Below are positions 55,173 through 64,000 of a stretch of 64,000 nt of DNA, in pieces (position 1 is the first letter of the stretch; the number at the start of each line of letters is the position of its first letter). The DNA comes from Paramecium tetraurelia. Its lineage: Eukaryota. The DNA lies in contig CT868661.1 of assembly GCA_000165425.1 (NCBI GenBank), positions 62,001 through 126,000 of the forward strand, in the 5' to 3' direction. The notes under the pieces were generated by a model. The model was not told where the DNA came from and searched no databases. It saw nothing but the letters and a program-made list of their open reading frames with translations. A program made the position numbers and the translations under genes.

Positions 55173-57013
55173 TCAATAATATAATTTAAAATTATAATCG
55201 ATATTTGATACTTCTGTCAATTTTCTGAATGTTTCTGATACCTTCGTTTTCATTATGTCTGGGAGAGTATGCTAATCTCTTTAAGAAGTACTCTTTCGCT
55301 GTTCATCCTGCTTGAAAATCTATTCTGGATTCAACTATTTCTATTCCGTTCAATCAACTATAAAGTGAATCCACTATTGATCTCCTTATGATTACCCAAA
55401 TAAAGCATACAATACCATCTTTAACTCTTACATATCAGATAATAATTTCTTATTCTAATAGTATTTCAAAATCCGAAAACACTCCTCGTTGGTTGCACTC
55501 TCCAATTACTATTGCAATTACACTAATTTTTGATTGTAATCCTTTATCACATTATTCCATTCGGAAGCAAATGAAGAGGGATTCAATGAATCAATACCTT
55601 GGACAAATATCGGCTTTATTCAACATTATTTTTACTTAGTTCTTTAATTAAGATACAATCATTTATTAGCGTTATGATGTTAGTTTGCTTTGCTAAATTA
55701 GAATGCAATAAAGTCTATTGTGAATTATATTTCTAAGATAAGATTCTCGTTTCTTCAACATCTAATTCTAATTGCGCAGCCAAAAGTAGATATTATTTAG
55801 ACGTTTCATCTAAATATTTTAGAAAATATTCCAATTTAGCACTCTCATTTATTTTTCACATATTCTTTATTTTACTTACAAGTCCTTCAGGAACTAATTA
55901 ATTATTAGACTCCTGAAATTGCTTTATAAAAATATCTTTTAAAGTATTTTACACTGTCGCTTTTTCTATCTCATATCATCTAATTCCTTCTAGATTTATT
56001 ACTATTTTTGACTATTCTATTGCATTTATTTCCTCAGTTATTGTATTTCTTTTAATCTCTATCTTATCTCCTGATCTCTTTGTTATCTGATTTTCTCAAT
56101 AGTATCCATCAAAGTTCTCTTTTTCGTAGAAGTTCCTTCCACTTATGTTATTGTTGATCAGGGATCCAACCTTATCTTACCTTTTCTTCCTTTACAAAAA
56201 ATTTGAGTCTAATGTCTGATACTTCTTCTTCCTAATGATTTTATTCTTGCGCTGATTAATTCTTATCTATTCTCATTTAAAATTAGATATTTTTATGTTG
56301 CTTAATCTATGTTTGGAATAATTAATAGTTCTCCATTATTTGTTTTGCTGATGAGGAATTTTATTGTTGTCAAGGAATTTGAGTCTTAGGGAAGAAAGTT
56401 GGTGGCTTATTTGAATAGTGTTTAGCTTTAGTCAGTACAAAGTCATAGTCAATATATTATGCTTACTAAAATATTCTGTAATCCCTCTAAAATTATTTAA
56501 AGTCTTTTATTAAGATCATGAGATTAATCGCTAAATACTTGAGTCGGTTCTTCATCCATATTTTGAATGTTCCAATTAGTCTTGTGTTTTCTATTGATTT
56601 ATAACTTATCAAGCTTTTTAGTGACTTTTAGTAATAGCAAACTATTTAGAATTTGTTTATTCATTTCCATTCTTACTTAATCTAAAGTTTTAAGCACATT
56701 ATTGCCTGGTCCTTTGCTTGGTCTGAGCATTTGGAATTTAAAGTGAACATCTTCATTTGTTTCTTAGTTCTTCTAAAATTATTTCTCAATTGGCTTCATG
56801 ATTTAGTTTATGATATTCCAATTGATTTGTGGACCATTTTCAATATTGAATTCATATTCAATCGCTTTGTGGTTTTCATTTTATTTTATCTATTTAAATG
56901 GATATGTCTTCTTTTTTTTGGAGACTATGTTTTCATACCACTGGTCCAGTAGTTCAAGCAGAGGATTGATTTCATAAACTAATAAATTTTTATATATGAT
57001 ATATACTATTCAT
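55173..57013 (-). pseudogene. Probable decayed coiled-coil gene
   Basis: Coding-like blocks (MNIYEINPLLELLDQWYEN..., coiled coil) broken by in-frame TGAs (56370-56372, 55350-55352) and frameshifts. Confidence 0.45.
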
Positions 57014-57887
57014 TTTTTGATTTCTTTTTAATCATCTTATACATCTCCCAAATCAAGGATGTTCCTCATTCGAATGATTTCCCTGTCTTCATACTGATAT
57101 CATTTTTACCTCAATAGGCTGGATAAGTTTCCTCAAAATAATTTCCCGCCAAAAACTATCTCAATTACAACAAAGGAAATGTCTCAAATAAATTAAATCA
57201 ATATCATTAGATATAAAAGTGTATTAGAAATAGTAGATCAACTTTGTCACTATTTAAAAAACAACTTTATTTTAGAGAGGACTAGATGATGCTTTATCCT
57301 TTCACCCTAAATCTAAAATATCTAACTATTCAACTCATATTTCTTTCCCTATCCATAATTAAACTCAATTCGATAATGAGATTCAGCATATTATAGTTTT
57401 ATAGTAAATAAAATTGAATTTAATTATGCAGTAGTAAATACTGAAGTTATGGTTATTTGACTTCTACCTCACAATCTTTAATACACATTTAGTTTTAAAA
57501 ATAAATTTGAAGGCTGGTTTGCAATAGTATTAATTAACTATTGGAGGAATGCTTAAATTATGAATTTACTATTACTGAACGCGCCTCATATGTTAATAAA
57601 TATCTTTATGATTATAATATTTTTCTCTAATTATTCCAAGGTTAGATATTGCAACCACGTGATTATAATGATATTATTGTACAATGTGTAAATTTTTTAA
57701 TTTTTATTAAGAGTTTTAGACGAATTACTTAATGTCTATGAAATAATTTTAAAATTTGTTTTAAACATCATCAAAAAAAATATCTACATATGAAGACAAA
57801 TATTTTGACAAGTATTAAAATTAATTAAATTATGTAATATTAATATCACATTATATATATAAATTTATTAAATATATATACAACATT

Positions 57888-58686
57888 TCAATCACTTTCT
57901 TCTATTTCAATTTCTTCTTCTTTTAAATTTATTTCATTTAAAATTTTTTCAAATTTTTTTTCACTTTTTCTTATTTTTTATTTAAATTTAGTTTATGAAG
58001 CATCAATTTACTATCCTTAATACAACATATTTCCCTAAGCTAAACCCTCTTCAATAGAAATTAATTCTAAAGCAAATCTTGGGCCAATTTCTCTCAAATT
58101 TTTTTATTCAAAAAATTTCAAATTATCTAAACCAAATTCTATTTTGTGCTTCACCCTCAGTAGTAAAAGTAAAGATTCTATCAATATAATTATCAGTAAA
58201 TCTAGCTTAAGAAACATTGAACAGTAGAGTTATTATTTCTTTGAGTAATTTGTATTTAGTGATATTATTAAATCTTTGATCAAATTAAAGGAGAACTCTG
58301 CCCTTTTTTGAAAAATTGCCGGCCAATTATAGATCTTTGATAGTTGTAACTATAAGCTATATTATTAAAACATACTATTAAGAACAGAGAATTTAACTGT
58401 AGGTCCTGATGGATATGAACCGAAAACTAAGATAAGCTAATTTTATATTGTGTGGAAAACTATAAATGAATTACATTTATGATTTTCACAAAGGGAAGGA
58501 ATAACTTATCTCAGCTATTCATATTTGATTTTATTTGTCTATATTATTAACAATGGGTACTTTTTTAGAATGTGGAAGAATGTTCATGATATCCAACATA
58601 AAATGCCTGTGTTGCAAATCTAGATTTCTGGTTGGTACAACCAATATGTGGTTTCGATAAAAGACTTTATGTTATTTTTCAGCCAT
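57888..58686 (-). CDS. BRX1: Brix-domain ribosome biogenesis protein Brx1-like
   Basis: HRHFMLDIMNILPHSKK, CENHKCN, PSGPTVKF, TIKDLQLAGNFSKKGRVLLQFDQRF, IDRIFTF, RIWFRQFEI, LREIGPRFALELISIEEG. Confidence 0.88.
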
Positions 58687-58723
58687 AGGTATAATTGTGG
58701 ATATATATTTATTTATTTTATTA

Positions 58724-59347
58724 ATGAGTGATTAATTTTATCAATTAGGTGCAAAATGGACAGTTTCTGAGAAATACAATTCTAGTTAGAATGTTGATTA
58801 TAATAAACAATTTTTGATGTTTGTTCATTTTATACAATTGAAGAATTTGCATTTTTAATAAAAAAACTATATATTTCAAAAATATCAGATGTTTTGAATG
58901 AGCCTTCTAAATACAAAATTTAATGGGATGTTATAAATAAAGCTTTAAATAATTTAATCTAGAAGCTGCAGATGTTTAAATTGATGCATTATAAATTTTC
59001 AAGAATGATATAAAACCATGGTAGGTGGTGAGATCTAATTTGATATATAAACATAATTTTATAATATAAATGGTAATTTATACTAAGACATTTTATATGA
59101 AGTGTTTGGATAATAAAATGAAGATTTGAGGCATGAATTTAAAAATGTTATGTAGGTAAATGGCTTAAGAGTAGTTGATAAAATAAATGCTAAGCAAGAC
59201 AATAGAATAAGAATTGAATTATGTTTGGATATTGATCCAAAGGATTAGCATGACTCCATTCAAAAATTTGATGGCTGGTTTGTATCATTAATTACAAAAT
59301 ATCATATTGAGTAAACTAAGCTCATTTAAGTATTACATAAAAAATGA
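58724..59347 (+). pseudogene. Decayed eIF4E-family gene
   Basis: YQLGAKWTVSEKY, DVCSFYTIEEFAFL, IDALQIFKNDIKPW, VNGLRVVDK..RIRIELCLD in shifting frames (e.g. T-run 58811-58815). Confidence 0.6.
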
Positions 59348-60035
59348 ACCTTTTTGACATAAAATTAATAATAATTACTTGGGTTCCGTATTTGCTCGAA
59401 AAATAAAAAACCTCCTCTTGTTTCAATTATTTAGAAACAGCCAATTTGCCTACAATGAGTGGACCTCAATTAAATGTCAAAGACAACAAAGATGAATATT
59501 TGACAATGAAGAATTGTTAAAATATGAGAATTCCAAATATAAACTGAGAGAAGTCAAAAACAAGCCAATTAAGTATAATGATAAATTAATATGTTTAGGT
59601 GGCAATAATTGAATCATTATTTGTGATAAGGATTATTTGGTTCTGTGTAAGTCTAACATCTGTTAAAATTTAATCTAACCTTATTTTTACCCTTCCAATA
59701 GATTTTTAGTGGATTAAAAAATATCTAATGATAAAAAGGAGTGTCATAAATTATATTTAATAATTTATTAAATTTATGTATGAACAACTACACATCCAAT
59801 CCTTTTTAGTTTAGATTGTTGCTTGATTTAAATTTGTCATGCATAATGAAGAATGAAATATAATTATTCTTCTTTATTTCTCTTGAATCTCAAATTTTAT
59901 TATTGGTATCGCTATGTAATTCTGTTAAGTAATGTTATTTGTACTAAAATCTACGCATCTAAATGTTGATAACAGTTATCTTAATGTGACTGAATAATAT
60001 AATAGTTAATTAATATTCATATATTAATCATAAAA

Positions 60036-60798
60036 ATGTTATTGAGGGGAAGAATTTTAGCTTATTTTGCAAAAGTGAAAGTAACAGAAACTCCAAAAAT
60101 AAGAATAGGAGAGGCAGTAAAATTAATAAAAGATAGATCAAAAGCAAAATTTGATGAGACAATTGATTTTTAATTAAGGTTGAATGTTGATCCAAAACAT
60201 GGTGATTAAAATGTAAGAGGGACATGCATGTTACCAGGAGGATTAGGAAAGAATGTGTCTATAGCAGTCTTAACAAGCAATGAATTTAATGATGCTGCAT
60301 TAAGAGTATTCATATAATTAATCCTAGGCAGGAGCAGATTTTGTTGGTCAAGAGGAAATTTTGAAATCTATCAAAGATGGAACATATAAATTTGAAAAAT
60401 TAATAACAACACAAGATATGCTTGTTCTTTTGAAACCTTTTGCAAGATTATTAGGTACAAAGGGATTGATGCCCAATCCAAAGGCTGGAACATTAGTCTT
60501 ACCTTAGGAGCTTACCTAAGCAATAAAAGGAGCAAAGGCAGGCTCAATTGAATTCAGAGTGGATTCAGGTTCAAATCTAATGGTACCGGTTGGAAAAAAA
60601 TCATTTGATGATAAAGTGATATTAATGAATATCAAAGCCTTTTCAATAGCTTTGAATTAGAAGAGACCGACATCTTTGAAAGGATAATTAATAGGAGAAG
60701 CAAGAATAAAGACAACTATGGGATAACCAGTTGAGGTAGATGTATCTTCCTTTGATTAAAGAAACAAAGAAAATGATTTGAAAGATTTGGTTTATTGA
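60036..60798 (+). CDS. MRPL1: Mitochondrial ribosomal protein uL1
   Basis: [64 protein letters not shown]; basic presequence-like start; one 22-nt intron. Confidence 0.9.
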
Positions 60799-60842
60799 AA
60801 AGTATAAAATTATATAAGATAAATATATAAAAGTGTGTATAA

Positions 60843-62222
60843 TCAGAAATTTTCAATGATATAATTTATCAAAAGTACAGGACTAATTAAAATAGCACAA
60901 ATGATTGTTATAGGCGATAGCATTATTCCAATTTAGAGAAAAAGTAAAAATAATCCAAATTAAGTGAATTTTCGATGTTTACTCATTCTGAAATTTGATT
61001 TTCGTTTTACTATTCGGTAAGGTGCTGATATAACCAGGTATAAAAGATAAAATGGCAGCAAGATGAAAAGTCCACTAATTAACAACAAAGTTAATAAGAG
61101 TTTAGGAATAATCATCATAATTTTAATAAGCATAGGGTTTGTTAAAGGTTAGATTGTTGATAATTATCCTCCTGGAACTAAAGGTTAAATTACTAAAAAT
61201 ACAAGCGCATCCAAAAATATTGAATACTCCATAATGGATTGACGAATATTTGCCTCTACATATCCAACAAAACTCATATTTACATTTATAACATTTCATG
61301 TGGTTGCAGCCTCCTTTTTTCTCAATAGGAGCTTAACAATTTGGACAATCATAAACTTGGAGTTCTTTCCTTACTTAAAGGTACTAGGCATCCATAGCTT
61401 ATTCACATGACATATCTTGATGGTATTGATTACCACATTTGAAACAAATTTGCTGGCCACAAGTACAAGTCAGTAAATTCATCCCTTTTCCTATTACATA
61501 GTTTTCGCAATCCTTGAGATTATTTTTAATATTATTACAATTCTAGGACACCATCTAACATTTTTATTTTTACTAATTAATTGCCTAGCATAAAATCTCT
61601 AATATTTTTCATATAAGGTATGAGAAACAAGCTCTTTTATTTAAAGATCCGCGAATTATTCAGTACAAGCTGAATGAGGACACAAAATTACCAAAACATT
61701 GCCTCTAACTATGTTTTCTTTTAAAAGTTCAGAGATACAAGATCTACAAAATTCATGTTGGCAGGGCAAGAACTAATGTACTAGTCTAAATGATAAACAG
61801 ATTTAGCATTCTTTATAGCCTTTAGATGTTAAAGAATGATCATCACTTTTTTCGAGGGAATCCACATCTTCTGAAGATTCTTTGCTACGTATTCTTCTCA
61901 TTCCAAAACCATAAATACGACGAAATTTCTTCGATGATTGGGAGAATGTTTTTTGTTTTGGTTATATTTATTGTTCTTCTTATATGTTTGGTTGAAATTT
62001 GATTTCCTGTTCTTGATTACCTTAGATATCTAAATAGATTGGAGTCTCTTGGGTATTTTATTATTCACCGTAGTTTTATTTACATTTGAGAGTATCACTT
62101 TAATTTAATTTTGGTCCGTGAATTTAAAGGATTTTAGACTTATATAGTTCTAAATACAAATGCTGATATTTTGGTTTTTATTGTTCGAATTGACAAAGTT
62201 GCTCATGATAATTACTATTCAT
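60843..62222 (-). CDS. RBR (RING-IBR-RING) E3 ubiquitin ligase with C-terminal TM helices
   Basis: [55 protein letters not shown]2 [30 protein letters not shown]; hydrophobic tail. Confidence 0.9.
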
Positions 62223-62287
62223 TTAAATATAAATTATTTTTTAAATTTCTCGTGTTATTATTAGATATAAAAATAAATTAAATTAGG

Positions 62288-63796
62288 ATGTTCTTGTATT
62301 GTAGATCCTATATTCCCAAATATAGTGCTAGTCAGGTCATTAAGAATGCCATTTAGAGAAGAAAAGGTAAGACTTTGTTAAGAAATAGAACGTAAAAATG
62401 TGATGTAAGAGCATTTGGAGAGATTGGCTGATAAATTGGAATATAAAGTGTATCCATATCACATCACTCATTATGATCCAGCTCATCCTGATTACATCCC
62501 AGCATAAAGACAGGATTACAAACAAAGATTGACTGTTGACACTCATAATATGCTTGTGGATGGAGTCAAAAGAGATGTGGCCATGTAGAGACAAGTGGAT
62601 CAAGCTATTAAGAATTTGGATAGACCATACTTGAAAGGCAAACATGGAGTCAACAAAAATGTTACTGGTGGTCTCAAAGATTATTTCCCCATTGAAATGC
62701 CATATTCATAAGCAGGAAATCTACAAAATGAAGAATTGGAATATGAAAATGTGTTCAGAAATGAAAAAAGATGGATTGCTTAAACTATTTATCCAGCTGA
62801 AAAAACTGAAAGCCAAAAGAGACATGAAAAAGAATTGGAATCTAGACCTGTGACCAGCAAATTCCATCCAGATAAAGGATCTAAATATGATGTCGAAACA
62901 CCATATCATTTAAGATTCCCATATTTAGCTGATAGATTGGGACACCCTGAATTCTTGGCCAATCCCTTCTAAAGATTGTTTAGATTAGAAAGTGATATGT
63001 ATCATCCAAGTTATAATGATTAACCATTTGTTTAACATCCATCAGCTGATCCAGATCCAACTTTGAATTTCGAAGAAGGAGAAGTCATCTATGAAAACAC
63101 AAGATTATAAGAATGGTTAAAATTTGTATGGTGGACTGGAACATTCAGTTTTGCTTGGATTTGTTGGGTATTACCGTATAACATTGTATATAAAACAAAT
63201 CTCATGTTTGATCACTAAATAGATGCTTCATTCTATCCTTATCATTTATAATCCATCTATAATATGGATTACATGAGAATAAATGTGTTGGCTGCGACTG
63301 CTGCTTCAGCCTATTTATGGTATTTCCACCATATGTCAATGAACGACATTGGAAGAAACTATGTTACTAAAGTTTAATACAATAAAGATAAGGAGTTAAT
63401 CTTTGTCACCAGAATGGGATCTTTTGGTGTTGTTAGAGAAGATGTCTTTGAAACTCATCATCTTGAAGTATTGCCATACTATACTAAATCGGGCGTGTAG
63501 AATATGAGATAAAATGTATATACTCTTTATTATCATTATCTAGGATTTAGGAATGTATGAATTGTCATGCTTAAATAAATAAGAGTTGATGTACTTGTAC
63601 AAGGAAGATGCTTTCTGGAATCCTAAACTAAAAACTCAATTCCTTACAAATCATACTTAATTGATTTCCAAATAATACTTCGGATTGAAGAGGTAATTTT
63701 TTATTAGCCAACAATATTTTTAGAAACGAATAATAAGAATATCAAAAGACCTAAACCGTAGGAGAATTGCCCCTAAAAGATTTACCTGCACCTTGA
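62288..63796 (+). CDS. Probable mitochondrial inner-membrane protein with TMEM70/TMEM186-like C-terminal region
   Basis: Well-formed ORF, three tiny introns, Arg-rich N-terminus, two TM segments then YVTKVQYNKDKELIFVTRMGSFGVVREDVF. Confidence 0.65.
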
Positions 63797-63846
63797 ATTA
63801 TCAATCATAAATACAATATTAAAATAATAATATATAAGTATAATTA

Positions 63847-64000
63847 ATGAATGATGATATCTAAAGAGGTAGAGAAAGGCCTGTTAGAAAAAACGGCTTA
63901 GTTAATAGTCTTAATCCTTATCAAACTATAAGCTGGATTTATACTCTTACTGATATTATTATTGCTTACATATTTTCAATTTTAATTTAGGAACCTGGAA
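63847..64000 (+). CDS. 5' end of probable DHHC palmitoyltransferase (runs off window)
   Basis: RKNGLVNSLNPYQTISWIYTLTDIIIAYIF resembles the R-x-NG..P-x-Q-x3-W N-terminal motif of ZDHHC1/11-type enzymes; DHHC motif itself not in window. Confidence 0.5.

Noticed and set aside
57020..57880. Long AT-rich gap checked for telomeric repeats, tRNA, rRNA or transposon ends
   Set aside because: No C4A2/C3A3 repeats, cloverleaf or inverted termini seen here or elsewhere in the window

Overview
Very AT-rich, gene-dense eukaryotic DNA with the hallmarks of a Paramecium (ciliate) macronuclear chromosome. TAA/TAG read as Gln and only TGA stops, introns are almost all 21-31 nt GT..AG, and intergenic gaps are often under 70 nt. 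The supplied standard-code ORF track is therefore mostly fragments or shadow ORFs, so I retranslated by hand with the ciliate code. I find about 40 intact or near-intact protein genes, including an SCP/FCP1-type phosphatase, CK1, TRP14-like thioredoxin, tesmin CXC, MORN proteins, a dynamitin-like protein, TLDc, bacterial-type threonine dehydratase, IQUB, a trichocyst-matrix-like protein, a MUL1-like E3, CFAP96, Sec61 alpha, a small Tim, ORC2, FAN/BEACH, a GPCR-PIP kinase fusion, Brx1, mitochondrial uL1 and an RBR E3. There are also about six decaying pseudogenes. The most striking structure is a TPR gene (27068-30055, minus) built as a tandem array of 102-nt one-repeat exons. Its tiny phase-1 introns split the ligand-binding helix, variation is concentrated at binding-face positions, repeats show recent sequence exchange, two introns have GC donors, and there is a possible transmembrane anchor. 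All annotations are manual; family calls rest on motif recognition, not database searches, and exon boundaries of hypothetical genes are approximate.
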